This document shows positions 1 through 9,956 of a DNA stretch of 64,000 bases, one piece after another; position 1 is the stretch's first letter, and each line of letters begins with the position of its first letter. This DNA is from Candidatus Omnitrophota bacterium (GTDB lineage Bacteria; Omnitrophota; Gorgyraeia; Zapsychrales; Zapsychraceae). Position numbers and translations under genes: made by a program. The notes beneath the pieces were generated by a model that saw only the letters and a program-made list of their open reading frames with translations, was not told the DNA's origin and searched no databases. The stretch is from contig JAJDCB010000030.1 of the NCBI GenBank assembly GCA_029261065.1, forward strand, positions 132,876-196,875. Direction: 5' to 3'.

Positions 1-1443
1 GTTCGTTCGATGGAGAATATCGCGGAGGGAAAAATATTTAGTCGTGATAAGTTGTCTGTGGATATTGCAAGTATACGAAATCTTTATTTTGATCGCGGTT
101 ATATTTTTGCTCAAGTAGAAGAAGCAACTTCTTTAGATCCAGATTCTGGTGAAGTTGAAGTAAAGATTGAAATAGAGGAAGGTGGGCTAGCTTATATAGA
201 ACGTGTCAAAATTCAAGGGAATACACGAACAAGAGATATTGTTATCCGTCGAGAACTTAAGATGTCGCCAGGAGATCGATTTGATGGAGCAAAATTGCGT
301 AGAAGTAAAGAAAGGCTTAATAATTTAGGCTATTTTGAAGAGGTTGGTTTTGATATAGAAGATTCCGATAGTTATGATCGCAAAAATCTAGTCGTTAATG
401 TTAAAGAAGCAAAGACCGGAACCTTTAGTTTTGGTGGTGGTTTTTCTACCGTTGATCAAATTGTCGGTTTTGTTGAAATTGAACAGCGTAATTTTGATTT
501 TACAAATTGGCCTACTTTTACAGGAGGCGGGCAGCAATTATCATTAAGAGCAGAAACAGGTTCAACACGAAATAATCTACGATTAAGTTTTACCGAACCT
601 TGGATTTTCGATCATCCTATATCGGGAGGATTTGATGTTTTTAAATCTGATCGGGACCGAGAAGAAGATATCGGTTTTGCTTATGATGAGCAACGTATTG
701 GTGGGGTTCTTCGTTTTGGAAAACAATTTACAGAATATGTCACAGGTAAAGTGTCGTATAAAAACGAAAAAGTTACCATTGAAAATTTTGAAGACGATGT
801 TTCAGCCGACCTACTGGCTGAAGAAGGCGCCAATCGCGTCAGTGTGGCAGGTTTTAGTGTTACTAGAGATACCCGTGATAGCGTTTTTAGTCCCAAAAAA
901 GGGCTTAAAGTGGGTACAAGTTTCGATCTAGCAGGTGGTTTTTTAGGCGGAGATAAGGATTTTTATCGAGTTGAAACAGAAACATTGTATTACATTCCTC
1001 TCAAATTTAAGTCTGTTGTAGAGCTTCATTTAAGAACAGGTATTATCGATGCCTACGGTGATTCTACAAAGGTGCCTATTTTCGAACGCTTTTTTGCCGG
1101 TGGAGCTAGAACGATAAGAGGTTATGAAGAAAGAGGCGTCGGACCTCTTGATTCCCTTACAACGGATCCTATTGGTGGAGAAAGTATGGTTATTGCCAAT
1201 ATCGAATATACCGTACCTCTCATTGAATTTATCAAATTAGCAGCGTTTTTTGACGTTGGTAATGTTTGGGCTGATTTAAATGATTTTGGCTCTGGCGAAT
1301 TTAAGTCAGGAACAGGTCTTGGTTTGAGAATTAAAACACCGATTGGGCCTGTCAATCTAGACTATGGTTATCCTCTCAACGATGAGCCTGGTGAGGTGGA
1401 TCGAACAGGTAAGTTTTATTTTAGTGTAAGTCGTGGTTTTTAA
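1..1443 (+). CDS. bamA: Outer membrane protein assembly factor BamA, 5'-truncated by the window edge
   Basis: Frame is open from position 1. POTRA motif (IQGNTRTRDIVIRRE...LGYF), barrel motif RFFAGGARTIRGY, TPIGPVNLDYGYPL, C-terminal FYFSVSRGF beta-signal; precedes skp-lpxD. Confidence 0.97.
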   Translation, partial: VRSMENIAEGKIFSRDKLSVDIASIRNLYFDRGYIFAQVEEATSLDPDSGEVEVKIEIEEGGLAYIERVKIQGNTRTRDIVIRRELKMSPGDRFDGAKLRRSKERLNNLGYFEEVGFDIEDSDSYDRKNLVVNVKEAKTGTFSFGGGFSTVDQIVGFVEIEQRNFDFTNWPTFTGGGQQLSLRAETGSTRNNLRLSFTEPWIFDHPISGGFDVFKSDRDREEDIGFAYDEQRIGGVLRFGKQFTEYVTGKVSYKNEKVTIENFEDDVSADLLAEEGANRVSVAGFSVTRDTRDSVFSPKKGLKVGTSFDLAGGFLGGDKDFYRVETETLYYIPLKFKSVVELHLRTGIIDAYGDSTKVPIFERFFAGGARTIRGYEERGVGPLDSLTTDPIGGESMVIANIEYTVPLIEFIKLAAFFDVGNVWADLNDFGSGEFKSGTGLGLRIKTPIGPVNLDYGYPLNDEPGEVDRTGKFYFSVSRGF

Positions 1444-1550
1444 ACATTATCCGAAAAATTTGCGTTGAATTTATGCTAAAATACAGCCTTTTAGTTCGAC
1501 TTTAGCCTGAACGTAAAAAAGTGTATTTCTTATAAATTTGTGTTAATATG

Positions 1551-1582
1551 TGAACCCTGTACGGGTAACTGTGCAGGGTTCA
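1551..1582 (+). other. Stable intergenic RNA hairpin between bamA and skp
   Basis: TGAACCCTGTACGG-GTAA-CTGTGCAGGGTTCA forms a 14-bp stem (two G-U pairs) with a GNRA tetraloop; no U-tract follows. Confidence 0.55.
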
Positions 1583-1640
1583 TTACATATGATCGTTATA
1601 GTAATTTAAATTATGGTTTGATAATAAAGGAGGCAGAATT

Positions 1641-2141
1641 ATGAAAAATTTAAGAATTATTTCTATCTTGGTTTTGATGACGTTATTTTGTGTTTCAGGC
1701 GTACAAGCTAAAGATGCGGATAAAATTGGTTATGTCGATTTAAGCCGGTTATTTGATGAGTATTACAAAACAAAAGAGTATGACAAAGTATTAGAGGCAA
1801 AGCATAAAGAATTTGAAAAAGAAAGAAATGTTAAAATAGAGCAGGTTCGAGAGTCTCAAGGAAAATTAGGTGTTTTGACGGATGAAAAGAAACAAGAGCT
1901 AGAAGAAGAAATTGAAAAAATGAAAGCGAATCTTCTAGAGTATGACCGTCAGAATAAAACGGATTTAACAAAAGAAAGAAACGAAAAAATAAGAGAAATT
2001 CTTTTAGAGATTGAAAAAATAGTAAGTGATTATGCGGCTAAGAAAGAATTTACGCTTATCTTGAATGATCGTGTTCTTATTTATGGTGATCAAACAATTA
2101 ATTTAACTGAGTCTATTCTTTCAATTTTGAATGAAAAGTAA
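1641..2141 (+). CDS. skp: OmpH/Skp periplasmic chaperone
   Basis: Signal peptide, KIGYVDLSRLF motif, coiled-coil body, C-terminal LILN..VLIYG..INLTE; AAGGAGG RBS; lies between bamA and lpxD. Confidence 0.93.
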   Translation: MKNLRIISILVLMTLFCVSGVQAKDADKIGYVDLSRLFDEYYKTKEYDKVLEAKHKEFEKERNVKIEQVRESQGKLGVLTDEKKQELEEEIEKMKANLLEYDRQNKTDLTKERNEKIREILLEIEKIVSDYAAKKEFTLILNDRVLIYGDQTINLTESILSILNEK

Positions 2142-2195
2142 GAATCCTGTCGTTCTGTTGTTTTGGCACAGAAGATTATCATAAGGTAAGTTGTT

Positions 2196-3218
2196 ATGCG
2201 TAAGACCTTAAGTGAAATTGCTGCTATAGTCGGAGGCGAAGTAGACGGTGATGAAGATTTAATTATCACAGGACTAAACAGTATCCAAACTGCCAAAGAA
2301 GGCGAACTCACCTTTCTCTCCAACAATAAATATTTATCATTAGTAAAAGAAACAAAAGCCTCGGCCATCATGATTCCTCGGGATATGTCCATCCCGGGGA
2401 AATCTATTATACGCACCGATAACCCTTCTCTTGCCTTTGCTCAAGTGGCTTCTCAGTTAATTAAAGGGGAAGAAAAACATTTTGAGGGTATTCATCAAAG
2501 TGCTGTTATTGCCAAAGAAGTCTGCTTGGGTAAGAATGTTGCTATGGGTCCTAATGTTGTTATTGACAATAAGGTGACGATAGGCGACAACTCTATTATT
2601 TATGCCGGTTCTTATGTTGGGCATGATGCGCAAATCGGTCAAGATTGTTTGATTTATCCTAATGTAACGATCAGAGAGGAAAGTGTCATAGGCGACAGAG
2701 TTATTATTCACAGCGGAACAGTTATTGGATCAGATGGATTTGGTTATGAAAAGGTTGACGGGAAACATGTTAAGATTCCCCAAATTGGTATCACCGTCAT
2801 CGAAGATGATGTTGAGATAGGATCAAACGTTACTATTGATCGGGCTCGATTTAACAAAACACTTATCGGGCGAGGTTCGAAAATTGATAATCTTGTGCAG
2901 ATTGCGCACAATGTTGTTATTGGCGAATATTGTATCATTATTTCACAGGTAGGGATATCAGGTACTGTTGTCATCGAGAAAAATTCTATTTTGGCGGGGC
3001 AAGCTGGTGTTGCTGGTCATCTTACTATTGGAGAGGGTTCTGTTGTTGCCGCGCAAGCAGGTGTGACTAAGTCATTACCAGCTAACAGCTATGTGATGGG
3101 CTATCCTGCCAAACCGCATACCCAAGCCAAAAAGACGTATGCCTCATTACAAAAACTTCCAGAAAATATGAAAGAACTTCGAGCCTTAAAGAAACGTGTT
3201 GAAGAGTTAGAATCTTAA
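2196..3218 (+). CDS. lpxD: UDP-3-O-(3-hydroxyacyl)glucosamine N-acyltransferase
   Basis: Hexapeptide repeats, [39 protein letters not shown]. Confidence 0.97.
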   Translation: MRKTLSEIAAIVGGEVDGDEDLIITGLNSIQTAKEGELTFLSNNKYLSLVKETKASAIMIPRDMSIPGKSIIRTDNPSLAFAQVASQLIKGEEKHFEGIHQSAVIAKEVCLGKNVAMGPNVVIDNKVTIGDNSIIYAGSYVGHDAQIGQDCLIYPNVTIREESVIGDRVIIHSGTVIGSDGFGYEKVDGKHVKIPQIGITVIEDDVEIGSNVTIDRARFNKTLIGRGSKIDNLVQIAHNVVIGEYCIIISQVGISGTVVIEKNSILAGQAGVAGHLTIGEGSVVAAQAGVTKSLPANSYVMGYPAKPHTQAKKTYASLQKLPENMKELRALKKRVEELES

Positions 3219-3239
3219 ATGAAATAATCATTTATAATT

Positions 3240-4568
3240 ATGAAACAAAAGACTATAGCTAAAGATTTAAAAATATCGGGTATAGGTTTACATACAGGTT
3301 GTGATGTCAATATCGTTATCAAACCATCAGATGTCGATACGGGGATTTCTTTTGTGCGTACAGATTTGCCCAACCATCCTAAGATTCATGTTAAACCTTC
3401 AGAGATTTGTTTTCAGTCTGATATGCAACGGTGCACGAGTATTGGACAAGGTGAGAGTGTTATTCACACCGTCGAGCATTTGATGAGTGTACTAAGTGGT
3501 TTGGGGATTCAAAATGTCATTATAGAAATAGATGCTATTGAATTGCCAGGATTAGATGGGAGTGGTTTAGAGTTTTTAAAAAAGATTAAAAAGGCGGGGG
3601 TTCTTGAGCAGGAAAAAAAGGCGAATGTATTTCGTGTTTATGAGCCCGTCGGCGTTGAAGCTAATGGCTCTTCTATATATATTGTTCCAGCCAATGATCT
3701 TAAAATTTCTTATACACTCGACTATGACCATCCTCAATTAAGATCTCAGTTTTATCAAACAATTGTTACGCCTCAAACATTTGAAAATGACATTGCCCCA
3801 AGTCGGACGTTTTGTATGGAAAGTGAAGCAAATGCGTTAAGAGAACATGGTTTAGGAAAGGGAGCAAATTATCAAAATACACTTGTTGTTGGTGAGAATG
3901 GTGTTTTAGAGAATAAGGTACGTTTTCCTGATGAATTTGCAAGACACAAAGTGTTGGATTTTATTGGAGATTTATATCTGTTGGGGATGCCTATTGTCGG
4001 ACATGTCTTTGCCGTTAAAAGTGGTCATTATCTTAATTTACAGATATTAAAGAAACTAAATCAACAAAAATTGAAATGGGAAAAAAAGCGCGAGGTTTTT
4101 GAATTTGACGAGACGGGTTTAAGAGAGATTTCAGTTGAGGAGATTATGCGAATTTTGCCTCATCGGTATCCCTTTTTGTTAGTGGATCGTGTTATAGAGA
4201 TTGAAAAGGGTAAGAAAGCTATTGGGATCAAAAATGTCACAATTAATGACAATTTTTTCCAAGGCCATTTTCCCTCACGTCCTGTAATGCCAGGGGTTTT
4301 GATGGTTGAGGCTATGGCTCAAACGGCTGGTGTTACTGTCTTGACGAATAAGGCTCATCGTGGTAAAGTAGCTTTTTTTATGGCTGTGGATAAGGTTAAG
4401 TTCCGCAAGGTCGTTAGCCCTGGAGACCAGCTTCTTATGGAGGTAGAGGTCGTTAGGGATCGGGAAAAAACGGCCCAAATTCGTGCGCAAGCTAAAGTGG
4501 GAGAAGAGGTTGTGGCAGAAGCGGATATGGTGTTTTCCTTTACAGATCGTAGCTTTTTGGAAGATTAA
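3240..4568 (+). CDS. lpxC/fabZ: Bifunctional LpxC deacetylase / FabZ 3-hydroxyacyl-ACP dehydratase fusion
   Basis: N-terminal LpxC motifs (GIGLHTG, TVEHLMS, RHKVLDFIGDL, KSGH); C-terminal FabZ motifs (LPHRYPFLLVDRV, FFQGHFP..PVMPGVLMVEAMAQ). Confidence 0.96.
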   Translation: MKQKTIAKDLKISGIGLHTGCDVNIVIKPSDVDTGISFVRTDLPNHPKIHVKPSEICFQSDMQRCTSIGQGESVIHTVEHLMSVLSGLGIQNVIIEIDAIELPGLDGSGLEFLKKIKKAGVLEQEKKANVFRVYEPVGVEANGSSIYIVPANDLKISYTLDYDHPQLRSQFYQTIVTPQTFENDIAPSRTFCMESEANALREHGLGKGANYQNTLVVGENGVLENKVRFPDEFARHKVLDFIGDLYLLGMPIVGHVFAVKSGHYLNLQILKKLNQQKLKWEKKREVFEFDETGLREISVEEIMRILPHRYPFLLVDRVIEIEKGKKAIGIKNVTINDNFFQGHFPSRPVMPGVLMVEAMAQTAGVTVLTNKAHRGKVAFFMAVDKVKFRKVVSPGDQLLMEVEVVRDREKTAQIRAQAKVGEEVVAEADMVFSFTDRSFLED

Positions 4569-4634
4569 ATTAACGAAAAGAATTGTTTCTATTTGTTATT
4601 TTTCTTATAGAATAAGAATAGGTTTTTAGAAACT

Positions 4635-5426
4635 ATGGAAAATCTTAATATAAATATACATAAAACAGCTATCGTTCATCCAGGAGCTAAGCTTTCTCCA
4701 GGAGTTTCGATTGGTCCTTATGCCGTTATTGAAGGTCATGTCCAATTAGGCGAGAACGTAAGGGTTGCCTCTCACTGTGTGATTACCGGGCAGACTACCG
4801 TCGGAAGAAATTGTAAAATTTATTCAGGCGCTGTTATCGGTAGTGCCCCTCAAGATCGTAAGCATTCTGCTGACGATAACGTCTTTCTAAATATTGGTGA
4901 AAATAATATTATGCGCGAATATGTGACTATTAATCCAGGCACAGCGCAGGGTGGTGGTAAGACTGTTATTGGTAATGATAATCTTATTATGGCTTATGCC
5001 CATATTGCCCATGATTGCGTTATTGGTAACAATTGTGTGATGGCTAATGCTGCGACGCTGGGTGGTCATGTGACGCTTGAAGATAATGCTGTTATTGGTG
5101 GTTTAAGTGCCGTACATCAATTTGTTCGCTTGGGACGTTTATCTATTGTGGGTGGTTGCTCTAAAGTTGTCCAAGATGTCCCACCATTCTCGATGTGTGA
5201 TGGTCATCCTGTTAAGGTTATTCGAACGAATACGATTGGTCTTAAGCGTACACAAATTACGGAGGACGCCGCACGTGCTCTCAAACAAGCTTTTAAAATA
5301 TTATTTCGATGTGGCTTATCTAAGTCATCAGCCCTTGAGCGCATTGCTGCCGAATTAAAGCCTTGTCCTGAATTGGAACATTTAATGTTTTTTGTTAAAA
5401 CTTCTGAAAGAGGTTTGTGTAGTTAA
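4635..5426 (+). CDS. lpxA: Acyl-ACP--UDP-N-acetylglucosamine O-acyltransferase
   Basis: IHKTAIVHPGA, IGSAPQD, REYVTINPGT, MAYAHIAHDC, GGLSAVHQF. Confidence 0.97.
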   Translation: MENLNINIHKTAIVHPGAKLSPGVSIGPYAVIEGHVQLGENVRVASHCVITGQTTVGRNCKIYSGAVIGSAPQDRKHSADDNVFLNIGENNIMREYVTINPGTAQGGGKTVIGNDNLIMAYAHIAHDCVIGNNCVMANAATLGGHVTLEDNAVIGGLSAVHQFVRLGRLSIVGGCSKVVQDVPPFSMCDGHPVKVIRTNTIGLKRTQITEDAARALKQAFKILFRCGLSKSSALERIAAELKPCPELEHLMFFVKTSERGLCS

Positions 5427-5508
5427 AAAGATTTATTTAGGAGTTTCGAAGCTTTAGCGAAATTCCAGGTTGGCTTAATACCCGGTAGTTCATATTTTTG
5501 TTTTAAGG

Positions 5509-5551
5509 ACCAAAGACTTTATTTTATGTAAAGCTTTGGTTTTTGTTTTTT
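5509..5551 (+). terminator. Possible intrinsic terminator or attenuator hairpin between lpxA and lpxI
   Basis: ACCAAAG(A)CTTTA ... TAAAGCTTTGGT inverted repeat followed by TTTTGTTTTTT; the stem is AT-rich. Confidence 0.35.
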
Positions 5552-5566
5552 ATAAGGAATAATTTT

Positions 5567-6376
5567 ATGGAGAAAAAAGTATTAGGGTTAATTGCAGGTA
5601 ATGGCAAGTTCCCCATTGTGTTTGCTAAAAAAGCAAAACAGCAAGGTTATAAGGTTATTACAGCGGGTGTCAAAGGTGATACACTTTTTTTTCTAAAATA
5701 TATGGTAAATAGCTTTTCTATGTTTGACGTCGGTGATTTAAAGGGGTTGTTTGATTATTTTAAAGCCGAAGGTGTTAGTCAAGTGATTATGGCGGGACAA
5801 GTTAATCCAAAAAATTTATTTAAAAAAGATGTTCAATTAGATCAAGAGTTTCAAACTATTTTTGATGCCATTCGTGATCGTAAAGCTGATACAATTTTTA
5901 GTGCTGTTGCCGATAAATTAAAAAACCATGGCATGGAATTGATTGATTCGACGTTTTTATTGCAGGAATATTTAGCGCCAAAAGGAACAATAACGAAACG
6001 CGGACCGACACTAAGAGAATTAGATGATATCGCTTTTGGCAAAGAGATCGCCAAACAAATGGGTGAGATTGATGTTGGTCAAACGGTTGTCATTAAAGAA
6101 AAAGCGATTGTTGCTATTGAGGCGATGGAGGGAACTGATAAAACGATTGATCGCGGTGGTCGCATGGCCCAAGAAGGGGCTGTTGTGGTTAAAATGAGCA
6201 AGCCGGATCAAGACTTTCGTTTTGATGTTCCTGTTATCGGTCCAAGAACAATTCACACCATGATAAAATCTCAAGCCCAATGCTTAGCCATTGAAGAAGG
6301 TAAAACCATTATCATCGATTATGCGAAATGTGTAAAAATGGCAAATAAAGCCGGTATTTGTGTTGTTTGTGCGTAG
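5567..6376 (+). CDS. lpxI: UDP-2,3-diacylglucosamine pyrophosphatase LpxI
   Basis: LGLIAGNGKFP, DVGQTVV, AIEAMEGTD, QDFRFDVPVIG. Start moved to ATG 5567 (MEKKVLG). Confidence 0.93.
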   Translation: MEKKVLGLIAGNGKFPIVFAKKAKQQGYKVITAGVKGDTLFFLKYMVNSFSMFDVGDLKGLFDYFKAEGVSQVIMAGQVNPKNLFKKDVQLDQEFQTIFDAIRDRKADTIFSAVADKLKNHGMELIDSTFLLQEYLAPKGTITKRGPTLRELDDIAFGKEIAKQMGEIDVGQTVVIKEKAIVAIEAMEGTDKTIDRGGRMAQEGAVVVKMSKPDQDFRFDVPVIGPRTIHTMIKSQAQCLAIEEGKTIIIDYAKCVKMANKAGICVVCA

Positions 6377-6446
6377 TTGTTTTATAATCAAAAATGCACC
6401 TTTTTATCTTCCCCGCGTTTCCTATTAACCCATAAGCCTATTTGGA

Positions 6447-6475
6447 TTGACACCCCATTTCTTTTTCTATATAAT
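6447..6475 (+). promoter_or_regulatory. Consensus sigma70 promoter for the lysS unit
   Basis: TTGACA (6447-6452), 17-bp spacer, TATAAT (6470-6475), 53 bp upstream of the lysS ATG. Confidence 0.8.
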
Positions 6476-6528
6476 CATTAGATTATAAATTCTATTAATA
6501 TTAGTATTATCCAAGGACGTTATAATTT

Positions 6529-7965
6529 ATGGAAGTTGATGAAATTAAGAGAGTTAGGTTAGATAAGCTGCAAGTTTTTCTCGATCGTGGCCTAACAGGT
6601 TACGGAGGGAAATTTGAGCCTTCCCATTCTATTGAAGAAACCCTTAAAGATTTTAAAGAAGGCGAAGAGGTTACCCTTGCTGGGCGATTAATGGCCGTTC
6701 GCGGTCATGGTAAGGTCTTTTTCGCTGATATCATGGATCAAACAGGAAAGATTCAGATATTCTTGAAATCTGCCATTATAGATATGGACATCATCAAAGC
6801 CTTGGATATTGGAGATATTATCGGTATTACAGGTGAGACATTTCAGACCAAAATGGGTCAAGACAGTGTCCGCGTTTCTGAATTAACCATGCTTTCAAAA
6901 TCATTAATGACATTACCTGAGAAGTGGCATGGCCTAAAGGATGTGGAGATTCGTTACAGACAACGATACGTTGACCTCATTGCCAATCCTGAAGTCCGCG
7001 ATGTTTTTATAACACGAAGTCGCGTTGTCAGCAAAATTAGAAGTTATCTAGATGAAAGAAAGTTTCTCGAAGTAGAAACGCCTATGCTTCAACCCATGGC
7101 AGGAGGCGCGCGAGGTCGACCATTTAAAAGCCATCACAACGCCTATGATTTAGATGTTTATATGCGCATTGCCCCAGAATTATATTTAAAGAGACTTCTT
7201 GTCGGCGGTTTAGAACGTGTTTATGAAATAAACCGAAACTTCCGTAACGAAGGTATCTCCACACGACACAATCCTGAATTTACTATGTTAGAAGTTTATC
7301 AATCTTATGGCGACTATGAAGACATGATGAAGCTAACAGAGGATCTCATTAGTTTATTAGCTAAAGAGTTAACTGGTTCCTACAAAGTTCCTTATCAAGG
7401 CAAAGAAATAGATTTTACGACGCCTTGGGAGCGACGATCATTTGCAAAAGTCATTAAAGATAAGTTTGATATCAATCCAGAAGATGATGCCACAACGATG
7501 TTAGATAAGGTTAAGGCCAAAAAGAAAGGGGCTATTAAGCTTGATAAGTTAACGCGTTCGGCTGTTATGACGATTGTTGAAGATATGCTAGAGGAAGATG
7601 AGATTGTAAATCCCGTTTTCTTTACTGATTACTTCACTTTTCTTTGTCCTTTGGCCAAAACATTACCAGAAAACCCTGCCATTTCTGCTCGTTTTGAATG
7701 TTTTATTGCGGGGATGGAAGTGGGCAATGCATACTCTGAGCTTAATGATCCACTAGAACAACGCCGACGCTTGGAAGAAGATCTAGAAGATGATGTTGAA
7801 ACCGGCAATCGATCTTTAGATGAAGATTTTTTAAATGCTTTGGAATACGGGATGCCACCGGCGGGTGGTTTAGGTATTGGTATTGATCGTTTAGTCATGC
7901 TTCTTACAGATTCTCCGTCGATTCGTGATGTGATTTTGTTTCCCTTATTAAAACCTGTGCAATAA
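6529..7965 (+). CDS. lysS: Lysyl-tRNA synthetase, class II
   Basis: OB anticodon domain, [48 protein letters not shown]. Confidence 0.98.
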   Translation: MEVDEIKRVRLDKLQVFLDRGLTGYGGKFEPSHSIEETLKDFKEGEEVTLAGRLMAVRGHGKVFFADIMDQTGKIQIFLKSAIIDMDIIKALDIGDIIGITGETFQTKMGQDSVRVSELTMLSKSLMTLPEKWHGLKDVEIRYRQRYVDLIANPEVRDVFITRSRVVSKIRSYLDERKFLEVETPMLQPMAGGARGRPFKSHHNAYDLDVYMRIAPELYLKRLLVGGLERVYEINRNFRNEGISTRHNPEFTMLEVYQSYGDYEDMMKLTEDLISLLAKELTGSYKVPYQGKEIDFTTPWERRSFAKVIKDKFDINPEDDATTMLDKVKAKKKGAIKLDKLTRSAVMTIVEDMLEEDEIVNPVFFTDYFTFLCPLAKTLPENPAISARFECFIAGMEVGNAYSELNDPLEQRRRLEEDLEDDVETGNRSLDEDFLNALEYGMPPAGGLGIGIDRLVMLLTDSPSIRDVILFPLLKPVQ

Positions 7966-7986
7966 AGAAATGATGTATCCTTTTAT

Positions 7987-9180
7987 ATGAGCTACGAAAA
8001 TTGGATTAGTTATCGTTATTTGAAAACAAACAAAGGCCGTTTTATTAGTTTCTTGAACTTTGTTTCTATCTCGGGTATTGCAATTGGTGTTATGGCTTTA
8101 ATTGTTGTGATTGGAGTTATGACCGGTTTTGGAAACAACTTGCGAGAAAAGATTATTGGTACAACGCCACATGTCATGATTGAGAAAGAGACAGGTGTTA
8201 AGAATTATCAGGACATTCTTAATCAAGTCAAATCTATTGAAGGCGTTGAAGGGGCCGCTCCTTATGTGCAAGGAAATATATTTATTGAAAGTTCAGGGCA
8301 AGCGTTAGGGCTCGTTGTTCGTGGTATCGACATTGATCATGAAGCTCAAGTGACCAGTGTTGGGCAATATTTGAAAGAGGGGAAGCTTAGCGATTTAGGT
8401 GCAGAGAAAATTATCATCGGAAGTGAGCTAGCGAGATACTTTGGGTATAGCATTGGCGATCAACTAACACTTATTTCTCCTGGTTCGGGTATAGCAGGAG
8501 AAGGGTGGCGTTATGAGTTAGAGGTGGCAGGAATTTTTTCAACAGGTGTTTCAGATTACGACACCAATTTAGTTATCGTCAATTTAAAACAAGCCCAACA
8601 GATATTTAATTTTGATGAGACAACCTCAACGGGAATTGGTGTTAAGTTAACAAACCCAGATCATGCCAATGATGTGAAGTTAAAAATTAATGAAATGTTA
8701 GGTTTTGGTTTTTTAGTTAAGACATGGGTTGATATGAATCGTAATTTGTTTGAAGCTCTGTTCCTTGAGAAGTGGGGTTTATTTATTATTCTTACACTCA
8801 TGGTTCTTGTTGCGTCATTTAATATAATCAGCACGTTAATTGTAACAGTCACAAGTAAAGTTCATGATATTGGCATTTTGCAATCGATTGGTGTTCCCAA
8901 ACGATCGATACGTACAATATTTATTAAGCAAGGAATTTATATTGGTCTTCTCGGAATTTTTTGGGGGCTGGCTTCAGGGCTTGGAATAAGTTACGTTTTA
9001 CACACCTTTGTTGAAGTTCCTGAACAAATTTATTCTATTGATCGCGTCCCTGTTGATATTCAAGCCTTTGATGTTGCAGCCATTGTCTTTTCTGCCTTTT
9101 TCATATGTTTCTTTGCAACTATTTATCCAGCTTCGAAAGCGGCTGGCTTACAGCCTGTGGATGCATTGCGATATGAGTAA
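7987..9180 (+). CDS. lolE: Lipoprotein-releasing ABC transporter permease, LolC/E family
   Basis: ISGIAIGVMALIVVIGVMTGF, VASFNIISTL, IGILQSIG, C-terminal PVDALRYE; adjacent to lolD. Confidence 0.9.
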   Translation: MSYENWISYRYLKTNKGRFISFLNFVSISGIAIGVMALIVVIGVMTGFGNNLREKIIGTTPHVMIEKETGVKNYQDILNQVKSIEGVEGAAPYVQGNIFIESSGQALGLVVRGIDIDHEAQVTSVGQYLKEGKLSDLGAEKIIIGSELARYFGYSIGDQLTLISPGSGIAGEGWRYELEVAGIFSTGVSDYDTNLVIVNLKQAQQIFNFDETTSTGIGVKLTNPDHANDVKLKINEMLGFGFLVKTWVDMNRNLFEALFLEKWGLFIILTLMVLVASFNIISTLIVTVTSKVHDIGILQSIGVPKRSIRTIFIKQGIYIGLLGIFWGLASGLGISYVLHTFVEVPEQIYSIDRVPVDIQAFDVAAIVFSAFFICFFATIYPASKAAGLQPVDALRYE

Positions 9181-9233
9181 CCCGGCGTCTCTAGACGCTG
9201 AGGACTCGGCCCCGCCAAGACGGGGACGGGTTA
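9178..9233. repeat. GC-rich multi-hairpin intergenic element (MITE/REP-like)
   Basis: Terminal inverted repeat TAACCCG...CGGGTTA encloses the hairpins GCGTCT-CT-AGACGC and CCCCG-CCAAGA-CGGGG; markedly GC-rich versus its flanks. Confidence 0.55.
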
Positions 9234-9263
9234 AATATTTAGAAGGCTTGGTAAGTTAAAAAA

Positions 9264-9941
9264 ATGTTACTTGAAGCAAATAATATTAGTAAAGCATACA
9301 AATTGCCGCGTAATACTCTTGAGGTTTTAAAAGGAGTAAGTCTTAAGGTTAATGAAGGCGAAATTTTGGCGGTTGTCGGACCATCGGGAGCTGGTAAGTC
9401 GACGTTGTTGCATATTTTAGGTGGGTTAGATAATCCTAGTCAAGGCGAAGTGTTGTTAGATGATGTTGATCTCTATTCATTAAATGATGTTGCCCGAGCA
9501 AAAGTGCGTAATCAGAAATTAGGGTTTGTCTTTCAATTTTATCATTTATTGCCAGAGTTTGATGCTCTTGAAAATGTTTTGTTGCCTCTGATGATTAAAG
9601 AAAACAGCGGTAACACCAAACATGTCGAATCTGTCGCTTTAAGTTTATTGGATCGCGTAGGTCTTAAAGAACGAGCAACACATAAACCTTCGGAGTTATC
9701 AGGAGGGGAGCAGCAAAGGGTAGCGATCGCGCGCGCGTTGGTTAATCAACCTAAGCTGATTCTGTGTGATGAACCAACAGGAAATTTAGATTCGGCCAGT
9801 GGCCAACATATTATAGATTTATTATTTGAACTGAGTTCCAAGAATAACCAGACGCTTGTAATTGTTACACATGATGAGAACATCGCTAAGTTATCTCATC
9901 GAACAATTCATCTTCGAGATGGTCAATTACAAAGTATGTAA
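9264..9941 (+). CDS. lolD: Lipoprotein-releasing ABC transporter ATP-binding protein
   Basis: GPSGAGKST, GFVFQFYHLL, LSGGEQQRVAIARAL, DEPTGNLD. Confidence 0.92.
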   Translation: MLLEANNISKAYKLPRNTLEVLKGVSLKVNEGEILAVVGPSGAGKSTLLHILGGLDNPSQGEVLLDDVDLYSLNDVARAKVRNQKLGFVFQFYHLLPEFDALENVLLPLMIKENSGNTKHVESVALSLLDRVGLKERATHKPSELSGGEQQRVAIARALVNQPKLILCDEPTGNLDSASGQHIIDLLFELSSKNNQTLVIVTHDENIAKLSHRTIHLRDGQLQSM

Positions 9942-9956
9942 GAGTAAAGAGAGGAT

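Noticed and set aside
9185-9240. Hammerhead ribozyme (CTGAGGA matches CUGANGA between hairpins)
   Set aside because: The required GAAA after stem II is absent (TTAAA follows) and no stem III/UH site is evident.
9008-9259. 83-aa ORF spanning the lolE end
   Set aside because: Out-of-frame overlap with lolE plus read-through of the GC-rich element.
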